A DNA stretch of 64,000 nt from a virus (IMGVR_UViG_3300028800_000005:1-64000), one strand, 5' to 3'. Shown: positions 38,858-49,063, numbered from the stretch's first letter. The notes: generated by a model not told the origin, from the letters alone. Made by a program: numbers and translations.

Positions 38858-40374
38858 GTTCTAGCCAGCGCTCGATACCGGCGCAGTACCCGACAATTGC
38901 AATCCCGACGAGCATCGACTACACGAGTAAGGACTTCGTGTCCTTCGTGCAGTCCATGCTGACGTACGCCGCGCAGGCAATGCCCGACTGGAATCCCGGC
39001 AGCGAGGGTGACTTCGGGATGGTCATGGTAGAGCTGATGGCCTACATGGGAGACATTATCTCCTACTACGGGGACCGGCTTTCCCAGGAGGCGTACCTTC
39101 CCACCGCGACGCAGCGGCTGTCCGTAATGAACATCGCCCAGCTTCTTAATTACGTCCCGGCCGGTGCCCTGCCCTCTTCCGGGACCATTAACCTGGTCAC
39201 CCCCCTTGGTGGCACGGCAGTGACGGTCCCAGCCGGTACCCAGGTTTCCGCTACTAACATCCCGAACGGAATGAGCGAGCCACCGATCTTTGAGACCACG
39301 ACAGACGTTACCGTACCAGGGAATGGCGGGACGGCCTCGGTAGTGGTTGAACAGGGGATCACCTACAAGATGATCCGGATCGGTACCAGCACCGGTACTC
39401 CGGGGCAGTCGTTCTCCCTTCCTCAGCTCCAGGTGCAAGACGGGAGCGTCCAGGTCCGGGTCGACGGGACGCTCCCGATTCCAGACGCCTGGAACCAGGT
39501 TAACTTCATGATCGACGCGAACGCCGAGGACGAGTCTTACAGTGTCTCGGTTGACCAGTCGGGAGTTACCTGGGTTACCTTCGGTGACGGAACTAACGGG
39601 ATGATCCCGGGAATGGGCCTTGGCATCTGGGCCACTTACCGGGTGGTCGACGGAGCGGCGGGCAACATCCCCTCCGGATCGGTAAACGCTATCAGCAGCC
39701 CGGTCGCCGGAGTTGACATCGCTTTGCTGCCGGACGGTGTCACTCCTAACACGACAGCCATGACGGGTGGCGCGGACGTAGAGGCGACCGAGTCTATCCG
39801 GGCAAATGCCGGTGCGGCCTGGCGTGCACAGTACCGCGCGGTGTCGATCCAGGACTACAATGACCTGGCCCTGAATGTCCCTGGTGTCACCATGTGCAAT
39901 GCGGTCGCCCAGCATTCGACCAGCGTGGTCCTGTACGTCGCCGGATCGAATTACCAGGGGCCCGGTCCTGTCCTGGTTGACGCTATCCTCGATTACTTCG
40001 AGGGCAAGACGGTGAACGGGACAACGCTAAGCATCGTGCCGCCTGCAATTATCCCGATTGACATCGGCACCTCGGATAACCCCGTGCAGGTAGTGGTCAA
40101 GGACGGGTACGCGCAGGGGACCGTCACCGCGAATGTTAACACCGCCCTGCAGGCCCTGCTGTCCCCGCCGAACATATCATTCGGGCAGCTACTTACCATC
40201 TCGTCTGTCTACGAGGCTATCCTGGCCGTTGACGGGGTCGACTACTGCATCGTCCCAGCGTTCACCCGGGAGGACGTGACGCAGGATAACACGAACTCGA
40301 TTCAGCTACGGCCTAGTGAATTCGCTAAGTCGGGGAACATTACCATGGTCGTATCTGGAGGCTTCACGTCGTGA
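38854..40374 (+). CDS. Baseplate J/gp6-like wedge protein
   Basis: IDYTSKDF, DFG...VEL.AYMGD..SYY.DR, FGDG.NG.IP, GGAD.E..ESIR, RAVS..DY. Confidence 0.92.
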   Translation: MSSSQRSIPAQYPTIAIPTSIDYTSKDFVSFVQSMLTYAAQAMPDWNPGSEGDFGMVMVELMAYMGDIISYYGDRLSQEAYLPTATQRLSVMNIAQLLNYVPAGALPSSGTINLVTPLGGTAVTVPAGTQVSATNIPNGMSEPPIFETTTDVTVPGNGGTASVVVEQGITYKMIRIGTSTGTPGQSFSLPQLQVQDGSVQVRVDGTLPIPDAWNQVNFMIDANAEDESYSVSVDQSGVTWVTFGDGTNGMIPGMGLGIWATYRVVDGAAGNIPSGSVNAISSPVAGVDIALLPDGVTPNTTAMTGGADVEATESIRANAGAAWRAQYRAVSIQDYNDLALNVPGVTMCNAVAQHSTSVVLYVAGSNYQGPGPVLVDAILDYFEGKTVNGTTLSIVPPAIIPIDIGTSDNPVQVVVKDGYAQGTVTANVNTALQALLSPPNISFGQLLTISSVYEAILAVDGVDYCIVPAFTREDVTQDNTNSIQLRPSEFAKSGNITMVVSGGFTS

Positions 40375-41432
40375 CAACCAATCCGGTTTACCCGAAGTCC
40401 CTGCTGCCGTGGTCTGACCGCGTAGACGAAGTTGATATCGTCTGGGCGCAGGACCCGAACAGCATTGCCGCTGACCTGGTATCGGTTGAGAGCACTCTCG
40501 GCGTGATGCCGCAGCAGATGAAAAACCCCATCCTGGGGAATGCGATTAACTTCGTCAACGTCGACCAGCGCCTTGACTACCTTACCGCCGGGCAGAACAT
40601 CCCGGTCACGCAGCTTTACAACACCAGCGGGTTCCAGGTTAGCCCGTGGTGCGGTCCAGGCACGCACTACGGCGCGTTTAACAGCTACAAGGTCGCTTAC
40701 GACTCGTTCGCCAGCACTGGCCAGCCAATGTACAACGGGTCCGACCTGACCATGCCGGTGACCGGATGGTGCGTCATTGATTCGAGCCAGTTCTGGGAGT
40801 GGCACGGAACCGGGTACTCCGGCATGGGCCTGTACGTCGGTAACCGTCTGGTCGACTATGACAAGTGGGACTGGGGATTCCCGGGGAACTACCCTGGCGG
40901 ACTGTGGCGGCCTGAGGTGTTCCGCCCGGCGTGCACCCACGTCCACTACGAGGGCATCGTTAACCAGGGTGACAGAATCCGTGTCGTGTCCGAGAACGGC
41001 ATGTCTTCGCAACTTCCGAAGTTCGCATATCAAATGAGCCTGTCCGCCACCGTCCTGCGGACCACCCCCCGGAACAACGCGCAGCCCCCGTTTAACCCGT
41101 CGCCACCACCGCCTGGACCGATTATGTGCACACGGTTCCCCCCGCCTCCTGGCATGCTATGCAGGCACCTTGGGGGTGGCATCCTGCACATCGAATGGGA
41201 CATGTTCCAGGAGCCGTCGTGGCCGTTCCCAGACAGCTATAACGTAGCGGTTTACCGTCCGGGACTAGTCTCACCATTGGCATACTTCACGGTAGTGCCT
41301 GCCCCGGCAGTATTCGGCCGGATGGAATGGGACACCGAGGCCCTGCCCCTCGGGGCAACCTACCAGGTAGTCGTGAGTGCGAACGGCGCACTTATCCCGA
41401 GCGACTCGGCGCAGATCATCCTTAACATCTGA
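40371..41432 (+). CDS. Baseplate/tail-fibre-associated protein
   Basis: YP......D.VD.V.A.D.N.......VE.TLG N-terminus; Pro-rich linker; FN3-like C-terminus. Confidence 0.6.
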   Translation: MTTNPVYPKSLLPWSDRVDEVDIVWAQDPNSIAADLVSVESTLGVMPQQMKNPILGNAINFVNVDQRLDYLTAGQNIPVTQLYNTSGFQVSPWCGPGTHYGAFNSYKVAYDSFASTGQPMYNGSDLTMPVTGWCVIDSSQFWEWHGTGYSGMGLYVGNRLVDYDKWDWGFPGNYPGGLWRPEVFRPACTHVHYEGIVNQGDRIRVVSENGMSSQLPKFAYQMSLSATVLRTTPRNNAQPPFNPSPPPPGPIMCTRFPPPPGMLCRHLGGGILHIEWDMFQEPSWPFPDSYNVAVYRPGLVSPLAYFTVVPAPAVFGRMEWDTEALPLGATYQVVVSANGALIPSDSAQIILNI

Positions 41433-41469
41433 TGCAAAGTTATCCACGTGGTAAGGCGGTGAGGTAACA

Positions 41470-44352
41470 GTGTCCGTGTACGGCATTACGCCCTACGGAA
41501 CCTCTGTGTACGGGCTCGACCTTTACCCTGCCTATTCCGTTGAGCCATTTACCGCGCAGTCGGTCACCTATGGCACGGTCCAGGTCTCCTGGACAAAGCC
41601 CACGGGGACTATCTTGCGTTACCGGCTGCTCGCTAACCGGTACGGGTACCCGGTTAACGAGAATGACGGCACTGTCCTATTTGACTCCGCGACCTACCCC
41701 GGATCGAACTACGCGGACACCTCGATAATCCCCGGGACCTACCACTACTACGGGTTCTACGTCCTGGCCGACCTGGCAGACAACATCTGGATACGAAGTG
41801 GTGTCGCCGGTTGCCTGGCTATCAAGGATTACGGGTCAAGCGAAGAGATGTGGCGTCGTCTCCCGAATCACTTCCGGACGATTCCAGAGACTGACGGGTA
41901 CCTTACCGGGGACGCTCCGGGGGACTCCTACCTGCAACAGTTCGTGAATGTCATTGGGTTCGGTGTGGACTACCTGCGCACGCAGTACGGGATGATGCTC
42001 GACCACTGCAACGACCCGATGGCAATTCCAATTGACGACCTGTGGAACCTCGCTGCTGAGGTCGGCCTTAAATTCTCACCGGAGATGCCCGCCTACACGA
42101 TCCGGAAGGCCGTCGCTAACCAGGCCCATGTCTGCCGTGAGGGCGGGACTACCCCTGGTATCGAGAATGAGATCATCCTGCGCACCGGGTGGTCGGCGGA
42201 CATAACCACGGGCGCGAACCTGATGCTTGAGGACGACCAGTCCACGTTCCTCCACCCGGTGTTCTACGAGTACACCCGGCACCGATGCTACAACATTGGT
42301 GAGTGCGTCTGGTTCGGTCCTCCCTTCTCTTTCCGGCAGTGGCCGGGACTCGGGTACTGGTACAAGTGCATCTCACCAACACAGGGGATAGACCCGCCAG
42401 CCTCAGGGGGAAGTAATGCGAACTGGCAGGTAATACGGGACTCCGATGACACCCTGCTGACCCTGGTCCAGCCGTCCACTGGGATGCCCAGTACCTGGGA
42501 AGCTGTCGACCTCGGGAATACTAACGGCGTTCCGACGAGCGGCTCCGTTCTGCAGGGCCTTGGTGTCCAGAACATCGCGAACACCGGGTTTGCATGGAAC
42601 TGCCTGCGCCTGAAGAACAAGGCGTCAAGCTCGCGGAACCTTATGCTCCGGTCAGTGTGCCGGAAGACCAGCCAGGTTAACCTGACGCCCTGGGCCGTCG
42701 ACCCCCAGAGTGCGGTCCAGGACGCTGTGCCTGTCCCGTACGTCCGGGACTCACAGCAGTGGGACCCCACCATACGATACGGTACCGGCGACCTTGTTCT
42801 CTACCAGGGGCAGCCGTTCAAGGCCCTGCGGGCGTCGACAGGTATAACCCCTCCGACTAACGACATCGCTAACGCGGAATGGACGCCCCTGTCTGAATCG
42901 CGACGGATCAGGATAGCCACCAGCGGGTACGTCAGCGACAACATGACCGGCACCGCGCACGCGGTCAAGGTAGTTCCGTGCATGGAATGGTATGACTGCG
43001 CGGGTAACTTCATCACCCGGATTACCGCCCGGAACACCTCGTCGACAGGCGTGCCCAGCAAGCCGGACAGCCTGGCATTTGACTCGTTCACCAGCCAGAG
43101 CCGTGTTTACAATGTGCAGGCGGCGACGTCGGTATCCCTCGGCCCGTGGCTGGCCACGTTCTGGCCGAACGGCACGATGTCCGGACGGCCTGCCGGTACC
43201 CTGTCCGTTCCTAGCCCGAACTTCAGCCTGGACGGGTACCATTCCCTGCTTCCTGACCTCGCCGGTACCGGATGGTCCGGGCGCTGGGTGACTCAGTTCG
43301 TCCCGCAGTCCGCCGGTAACTACACCTTCTCCCTGAAGGGCCTGGGCGGCGGTGTCCGCATGCTCGTAAACGGGGTTCCTATCATCAGCGACTGGTACGG
43401 CACGCCGACCAGCCTGACCTCTTCGACCGTGACGCTCAAGGGCGGTACCCCAGTTTCCGTCGAGGTTGATTACCGTGCTCCGGACTACACACCTGGTACC
43501 TGGACCGCGAACTTGATTCCGCAGGAGTCACTCCCGCTTACACTTGCTTCGTCGAACCAGGATATAAAGGTACCCCCGTTCTATGTCGTGGCCGGGGCTG
43601 AATTCATATTCTCCCTAACCTCGTCAGGAGGGCACGCAGGAGGTGCCATCACCTGGTACGGGAGCAATGGGCAACCGGTAGGGTGCTTCGCCTTCCCGTA
43701 CAGCAGTACCGCTGGTGTGGACGAGTCCGTAAGCGGGTTCATACCGGGTAATGCCACCTCGGCTTCCATCGAAGTAATGTGTTTCTCCTCATTTGAGGGT
43801 ATGGAATCCAATTTCCAGATGCGGACAGCCGTCCCCCAGCCGTCTGCCCTGACGGTTACCAGCCCGATCTCCCTGGTGCCTACCGGGAGCGTGGTAAACA
43901 CCGGGACCCTTACCGGCCGTCTCACGGACGACGAGACGAATACCTGGCTGACCCCGGCGGGGAACTTCCTTATCGGTTACGGTAACTGCTGGCCCCTGAA
44001 CCCCGGGCAGCGGTCCATCGGCCTGGTCACCGGCCCGGCGAACACGAACGTCGGGGTCACCTTCCGGACCAGTCCGCAGTCAGGACAGACCCAGGGCATC
44101 GTCTTCCGGTACACCGACGACAATAACTACTGGCGGTGCGGACGGGTAAGCATTCGCAAGAAGGTCGCCGGGGTATGGACCACGGTGGCGACTCACTCTA
44201 CTACATTCCTGAACAATGACCGGATGATCCTGACACTTAGCGGGTCGTCGATTAAGGTGTTCCGAAATGCTGCGAGCACTCCGGTAACCTCGGTGACGGA
44301 CACCTTCAATTCCAGTGCCACTAAGCACGGGATCATCGTGGAGAACAGTTGA
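41470..44352 (+). CDS. Baseplate wedge/tail protein with carbohydrate-binding and PA14-like domains
   Basis: FN3-like start, wedge-like L..LAAEVGL...GT..GI segment, WDPTIRYGTGDLVLYQG module, WSGRW....P..AGNYTF...GGVRMLVNG..IISDW. Confidence 0.65.
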   Translation: MSVYGITPYGTSVYGLDLYPAYSVEPFTAQSVTYGTVQVSWTKPTGTILRYRLLANRYGYPVNENDGTVLFDSATYPGSNYADTSIIPGTYHYYGFYVLADLADNIWIRSGVAGCLAIKDYGSSEEMWRRLPNHFRTIPETDGYLTGDAPGDSYLQQFVNVIGFGVDYLRTQYGMMLDHCNDPMAIPIDDLWNLAAEVGLKFSPEMPAYTIRKAVANQAHVCREGGTTPGIENEIILRTGWSADITTGANLMLEDDQSTFLHPVFYEYTRHRCYNIGECVWFGPPFSFRQWPGLGYWYKCISPTQGIDPPASGGSNANWQVIRDSDDTLLTLVQPSTGMPSTWEAVDLGNTNGVPTSGSVLQGLGVQNIANTGFAWNCLRLKNKASSSRNLMLRSVCRKTSQVNLTPWAVDPQSAVQDAVPVPYVRDSQQWDPTIRYGTGDLVLYQGQPFKALRASTGITPPTNDIANAEWTPLSESRRIRIATSGYVSDNMTGTAHAVKVVPCMEWYDCAGNFITRITARNTSSTGVPSKPDSLAFDSFTSQSRVYNVQAATSVSLGPWLATFWPNGTMSGRPAGTLSVPSPNFSLDGYHSLLPDLAGTGWSGRWVTQFVPQSAGNYTFSLKGLGGGVRMLVNGVPIISDWYGTPTSLTSSTVTLKGGTPVSVEVDYRAPDYTPGTWTANLIPQESLPLTLASSNQDIKVPPFYVVAGAEFIFSLTSSGGHAGGAITWYGSNGQPVGCFAFPYSSTAGVDESVSGFIPGNATSASIEVMCFSSFEGMESNFQMRTAVPQPSALTVTSPISLVPTGSVVNTGTLTGRLTDDETNTWLTPAGNFLIGYGNCWPLNPGQRSIGLVTGPANTNVGVTFRTSPQSGQTQGIVFRYTDDNNYWRCGRVSIRKKVAGVWTTVATHSTTFLNNDRMILTLSGSSIKVFRNAASTPVTSVTDTFNSSATKHGIIVENS

Positions 44353-46919
44353 GCTACTACTTCGATACCTTTGTCACCCCGTTTAGCCCGATCGGGTACT
44401 GGGCCGTTGGTGATGTTGCCAGCGGGTCTCTGCCTGACACGTCTGGAAACGGCCGATCGGCCACGGTATCCGGGTCGGTTACCACGGCTGGCACTGCTCC
44501 CCGGTGGCTGACTGCCGGGACATTCACACCCGGGAACACAGCTAGTACCGCATCGTTCACTTACAGTACCCCATCTCAATTCAGCGCGGAATGCTGGTTC
44601 AGTACTTCAGCCACGGGCAACGAGGCCCTCCTGATAGACGGCGGGTCATACACAGGCCACTCCAACCAGAACTGGTCTGTTGCGATTTACACCGACAACA
44701 AAGTCTACTTTGACTGGAATAGTACAGGGGCTTATCACCGTATATCTGCAGCCGTACCCGGTGGCCTCACCGCTAACACATGGCACCATGTCGTTGCGTT
44801 GTACGACGGCTCCCATCAGATTCTTTACATAGACGGAACTGCAGTAGCAACCTCTGCTACTATCACAGACACCTGGACATGGGTAACACCAAAGGTTCGC
44901 TTTGCGGCGTCGAACCTGGAATTCGTCATAGGTAATATTTCCTACGCCGTGTCCCTGGCCGGTGCCGGATTCTACCCGTCTGCATTTACACCGACCCAGG
45001 TTGCCGATAGGTACCAGGGATATGAACTTGTCACCACTACTGACAATGCCACATGGAACGTTTGTGATACGATTCCGGTTACCGCACCGTCGTCCTGGAA
45101 GTCACTGACGCTAGTGCCCAAGTCTTCATCAGCGTCCTGGAATTCCGATGCCACAGTCACCAAAACTGCACAGTCATCCTGGAAAACCCGGACAGCAGTC
45201 AGCACCTCAGTCCGGACCACCTGGGTATCACATAACGTCACCCCGTATACCCAGAACCTGTGCCCGAACCCGTCCTTTGAGAGCACGGTCACCGTTACCG
45301 ACTCAGACGGTGGCACCAGTACTGAGCCGCAGGGGAACCTTACCGGGTACACCGCGCTGCCGGGCACGACCCTTGCCTACACGTCCCAGGACGCCATGGC
45401 TGGCCAGTATTCTATGCTGGTCACGACGGACGGACACGCAGCCGGTGAGGGATTCGTCGGCCCGATGGTGGAATTCGACCCGGTCGACGAGTACTGCTCT
45501 ATGCAGGTGTCGATGACCGGCGAGACGGGCAGCCTGATGGTGTCCGCGCTGACCCCCGCTGTCGGCGGGAACCCGATGGCTGTCCTCGGGCAGGTCACCG
45601 TCACGCTGTCGCCCGGGTGGCAGACCGTCGCGCTGGACGGGCTGGGCCTAGCTCAGGGGGAGCAGGCTTACCTCGTCGTCTGGACTAACTCCGCGCAGGC
45701 GCTGACCTTCATGGTTGACTGCGTCCAGTACGAACCGGAGTCCCCGCACCACGATTACGTAGAGTCCACTAGGTTCTTTCAGAATTACTTCACCGCGTCC
45801 GGCGGTACCGTAGTTGAAGGAACCGCCGAGCTGATCACGCCCGGACTGATCCGGGTAATGACCCCGAACCCGGGGGGCATTACCTCTGGCGGTTCTGTCT
45901 CCCTGGTGATGGCAACCCCGGTCGCGGCCTTTGATGACTTCGGCATGTGGGAGCTGACCGACCCGGACCCGGCCATGACGTACGTCGGATGGAACACGGC
46001 GAACCAGTCGACGGGCCACAGTAATTACGCGCGGAACTGGGGGATCTTCTACCCGCCGCTGGACTATCCGGTATCAGACGGGACCCTGCTGTGGAAGCGC
46101 GCGGCGTTCATGGTCCCCGGGTTCCAGTATCTGACCGTGCCTGCCGGTGTCTCTCAGAACCTCACTGCCGTTCAGGCCGAGATGCTCCCCCTTTTCGACA
46201 TCATCGACAGCGCCCCGGCCCCCAGTGCGTGGGATACGCCCCGGGCACTGCACGTCCGGGTCCGGCCAACCCGGCTGAACCACTCACCGAACCCGTCGTT
46301 CGACAACGGGACCACCGGATGGACGGCCCTGGGGGCGGCTACCCTTTCCCAGGATGCCACGGTCCAGTACGGAATTCTCGGCAGCTCCGGAAAGGTTACC
46401 TGCACCGGCCCGGGTGACGCGGTCCAGCTTGCCGTCCCGCAGCTTATCGCCGGGGACATTTACACCTGCTCGGTGTACGTCCTCCCGGAGTCGGGTCACA
46501 TCGTCGACCTTCAGATTCAGGCAGGCGGGACGTCCGGAGGTATCAGCGGGGTGCCTGGCAGCGTGCTGCCCCAGACTAACAAGGACGGGACCGAGGCGTG
46601 GGTCCGGTCGAGCGTGACCTTCACCGCGACCGCGTCGACTATGTCCCTGGTGTTCGCACCCGTTACGGACGGGACCTACCCGGTAACGTTCGCCCTGGAC
46701 GATAACCTGATCGAGGCCGGTGACCTTATCGGTAATTACTTCGACGGTAACGGAGGGAACCCCGACTATTACTGGGAAGGCGGGACCGGGGTAAGCCGGA
46801 GCTACTACTATGAGGGGTACAACGCCGGGCAGCAGGTGATCAGTGACGTCCTGGACAGGCACGTTCCGATCGAGATCACTGCGGCCGACCCGGTATATAT
46901 GCAACCTCCGACCCAGTAA
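44349..46919 (+). CDS. Tail protein with LamG domain, Trp repeats and CBM4/9-like domains
   Basis: PIGYW...DTSGNGR, WHHVV..YDG; two N..PNPSF(E/D) modules; YFDG..G..DY.WEG. Confidence 0.7.
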   Translation: MSYYFDTFVTPFSPIGYWAVGDVASGSLPDTSGNGRSATVSGSVTTAGTAPRWLTAGTFTPGNTASTASFTYSTPSQFSAECWFSTSATGNEALLIDGGSYTGHSNQNWSVAIYTDNKVYFDWNSTGAYHRISAAVPGGLTANTWHHVVALYDGSHQILYIDGTAVATSATITDTWTWVTPKVRFAASNLEFVIGNISYAVSLAGAGFYPSAFTPTQVADRYQGYELVTTTDNATWNVCDTIPVTAPSSWKSLTLVPKSSSASWNSDATVTKTAQSSWKTRTAVSTSVRTTWVSHNVTPYTQNLCPNPSFESTVTVTDSDGGTSTEPQGNLTGYTALPGTTLAYTSQDAMAGQYSMLVTTDGHAAGEGFVGPMVEFDPVDEYCSMQVSMTGETGSLMVSALTPAVGGNPMAVLGQVTVTLSPGWQTVALDGLGLAQGEQAYLVVWTNSAQALTFMVDCVQYEPESPHHDYVESTRFFQNYFTASGGTVVEGTAELITPGLIRVMTPNPGGITSGGSVSLVMATPVAAFDDFGMWELTDPDPAMTYVGWNTANQSTGHSNYARNWGIFYPPLDYPVSDGTLLWKRAAFMVPGFQYLTVPAGVSQNLTAVQAEMLPLFDIIDSAPAPSAWDTPRALHVRVRPTRLNHSPNPSFDNGTTGWTALGAATLSQDATVQYGILGSSGKVTCTGPGDAVQLAVPQLIAGDIYTCSVYVLPESGHIVDLQIQAGGTSGGISGVPGSVLPQTNKDGTEAWVRSSVTFTATASTMSLVFAPVTDGTYPVTFALDDNLIEAGDLIGNYFDGNGGNPDYYWEGGTGVSRSYYYEGYNAGQQVISDVLDRHVPIEITAADPVYMQPPTQ

Positions 46920-46959
46920 CAGTGATAGGATGACACCGTAACCAATAATCGGAGCTTAA

Positions 46960-47292
46960 ATGGAATTGATTACCGGCGCACTGGCAGCCTTTTACGTCTG
47001 GAACACGCTGAGGTTCCTTCTGCCGTTCTCTGTACCTGACCGTCTGGCCCTGCCCCTGTACGGCGGGATAGCCTACGGCCTGCTCCAGGTCCCTGTTCAC
47101 TCTGTCGTGCTGGCGCTCGCGATCGCCGGGGGACTCACCCTGCTGATGCTCGGCGTCTCCCTGCTCGGCGTCCGGCCGGAGCGCTGGAGCCTGCCGACGT
47201 TCCACCGGCCGGGGCACTTCAAGCTCACCGGGCTAGGGCACACGCCAGGGGCGAAGGCCAGCCGGGTAGGCCGCAGGATTCCGAAGCTCTAG
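46960..47292 (+). CDS. Small multi-pass membrane protein (holin-like candidate)
   Basis: About three hydrophobic segments and a basic C-terminus; last gene of the structural arm. Confidence 0.55.
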   Translation: MELITGALAAFYVWNTLRFLLPFSVPDRLALPLYGGIAYGLLQVPVHSVVLALAIAGGLTLLMLGVSLLGVRPERWSLPTFHRPGHFKLTGLGHTPGAKASRVGRRIPKL

Positions 47293-47365
47293 TTTCGACG
47301 GGGCAAGACCCCAGGGGGTAGCCTTCTATACGGAAGGTTCACAACTATGTCCAAGGAGGAACCGC

Positions 47366-48361
47366 ATGTCTGATGCGGAACTGCTAATCGCGTTCGCCGG
47401 GTCCGGTACCGTGACGCCCGCGAACGTCAAGGCCCTGATCGATGACCAGCTTATCGGGGAGAGGGACGTCGCTGAGTTCTACGTCCCGGACAAGATCGCA
47501 GAGAAGAAGCAACCGGGGCTAGCAAACGTCGTCGGCTACCTGACTAAGTACTGGGGGGACGACGACTCCAGTGAGGACCCGTTCAAGACCGCCCCGGTGT
47601 CGAACCTGGACGCCGTCCTGCGCACGGGCGCTCGCGACGGCCTGGACCCGGTCCTGGTTATCCTCGCCGGGGACGACGGCGCGGACGACGAGACCGCTGA
47701 CCTGGTCGAGGCTGCCCTTCAGTCTGACATCCGGGTACTGGACCTCGCGGCCGGTCTCGATGAAGTCACCGCGACCGAGGACGAGGCAGAAGAGGTCCCA
47801 GCCGAGCCGGAGCCGGAGCCTGAGGCCCCTAAGCGGCGTCGGCGTACAACGGCAGCCCCCGAAGCGGAGAAGCCCGCTCCGGCCCGTACAAGGGGTAAGC
47901 CACGGTCAAAGGCAGAGGTCGCGGAAGTCGGGGAGAAGGCCCTGGACGACCTTAAGGCCAAGCGCGCTGCGGCGGACGACACCCCGCCGTTCGACGGCCC
48001 CTACAAGGGTGAGGGTATCAACCTCTCGAAGTTTAGCAAGAGCGTGGATAAGATCGACTTCTCGAAGCTCAGCAAGAGCGTAGAGGGAGTCTCCGTGTCC
48101 AGCGGGGAATCAGTCCGGGACCTGCTGATCGTGGCTCTTCGTGGCGCTCTGAGCGCCCTGGAGGCTGCTGACGCCCCGCTCGGTGCCGTGCTGGACGCTG
48201 CGGACGCGGGCCAGCCTGGTCCGACCACGGCCTACATCCGGGACGACGAGACCGGGAAGCTCCGCAAGCGGGGGCGCGGGAAGCCGCGTGCCGGTGAGAC
48301 CGCCGTCTACCTCACCCCGTCCCAGGAGAAGGCAGCCAGGGCTAAGGGAGAGCTGGAGTAG
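47366..48361 (+). CDS. Acidic Rossmann-like domain protein with AT-hook-like motifs
   Basis: SD AAGGAGG; IAFAGSG start; RTRGKPRS and RKRGRGKPR motifs; internal 13-aa tandem duplication. Confidence 0.65.
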   Translation: MSDAELLIAFAGSGTVTPANVKALIDDQLIGERDVAEFYVPDKIAEKKQPGLANVVGYLTKYWGDDDSSEDPFKTAPVSNLDAVLRTGARDGLDPVLVILAGDDGADDETADLVEAALQSDIRVLDLAAGLDEVTATEDEAEEVPAEPEPEPEAPKRRRRTTAAPEAEKPAPARTRGKPRSKAEVAEVGEKALDDLKAKRAAADDTPPFDGPYKGEGINLSKFSKSVDKIDFSKLSKSVEGVSVSSGESVRDLLIVALRGALSALEAADAPLGAVLDAADAGQPGPTTAYIRDDETGKLRKRGRGKPRAGETAVYLTPSQEKAARAKGELE

Positions 48362-48362
48362 C

Positions 48363-48436
48363 AAATGAAAAGGGCCCCTCTGCGAACCAGTGGCTCAAGC
48401 GGAGGGGCCCCTCTCTCGGTGAGGAGGAGGCACCGT
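48363..48436 (-). ncRNA. Candidate sRNA with anti-SD loop CCUCCUCCU and intrinsic terminator
   Basis: Minus strand reads ACGGUG-CCUCCUCCU-CACCG, then GGGCCCCUCCGC...GCAGAGGGGCCC-UUUUCAUUU; promoter directly upstream. Confidence 0.6.
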
Positions 48437-48442
48437 GATCCC

Positions 48443-48472
48443 AGTATAACCAAAGTGCAGAATCAAAAGCAA
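48443..48472 (-). promoter_or_regulatory. SigA-type promoter TTGCTT-N18-TATACT driving the candidate sRNA
   Basis: AAGCAA at 48467-72 and AGTATA at 48443-48 on + strand; AT-rich island. Confidence 0.6.
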
Positions 48473-48493
48473 AACAGGGAGGAGGAAAGCAAC

Positions 48494-48622
48494 GTGACCA
48501 TCTTTGACATGAGGCCGCGCGAGCCGGAGATAAAGTTCCCGAAGTGCTGGGAACATATCCCTGCTCTGTTCGAGCTATGCCTCGCGGATCACTTCGGCAG
48601 GCAAGACGACGATGAAGAATAA
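48494..48622 (+). CDS. Small hypothetical protein (42 aa)
   Basis: Strong SD GGGAGGAGGA before GTG 48494; the 48365 start in the ORF track runs through the hairpins. Confidence 0.5.
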   Translation: MTIFDMRPREPEIKFPKCWEHIPALFELCLADHFGRQDDDEE

Positions 48623-49055
48623 CGATCTCTCAGCGGACCCTGTGCCCAGGCTGGCACTGGTTTTCGAGGGTGCCCTGGCCTGGCTTCCTGACGAGAAGGT
48701 ACAGCGTCAGTTCACCCGGCACATGGACCGGGGCGAATTCAGTAAGGCCGTCGACCTGTTCGAGTTTAACCAGAAGCTTGAGACGGTGATCTGGGACAGG
48801 TCGTTCCGTGTGTCGATGCAGATCGACGTCATAACTTTCCTTGGCCCGGACAAGTTCGCGGAGGAGGTAGCCCGTAGGATAGGCGACGAGGAGCTGCCGA
48901 TCCACAAGGTCTGGGCTACGACGCCGAAGATACTCGGCCGGAGGCTGGCCTACATGCCAGACCTTGTGCGGGTCTACCACGCGTACCCGCAGTACCAGCT
49001 TTACTTCGGGCAGAAAGGCAGGCTTCTAGATGACGCTAACCAGTTCGGGTACTAG
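48612..49055 (+). CDS. Hypothetical protein (degenerate HAD-like)
   Basis: LVFEG.LA N-terminal motif; good codon usage. Confidence 0.6.
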   Translation: MKNNDLSADPVPRLALVFEGALAWLPDEKVQRQFTRHMDRGEFSKAVDLFEFNQKLETVIWDRSFRVSMQIDVITFLGPDKFAEEVARRIGDEELPIHKVWATTPKILGRRLAYMPDLVRVYHAYPQYQLYFGQKGRLLDDANQFGY

Positions 49056-49063
49056 GAGGAGAC

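Noticed and set aside
26553-46919. Stand-alone extracellular contractile injection system or tailocin
   Set aside because: Terminase, portal, scaffold, capsid and replication genes are contiguous, so this is a phage tail
48417-48435. CsrA/Rsm-type GGA-loop sponge on the + strand
   Set aside because: Only one loop, and the promoter and U-tract polarity both favour the minus-strand transcript
48365-48493. N-terminal extension of the 85-aa ORF 48365-48622
   Set aside because: It runs through two hairpins and a promoter-like AT tract; the strong SD points to GTG 48494
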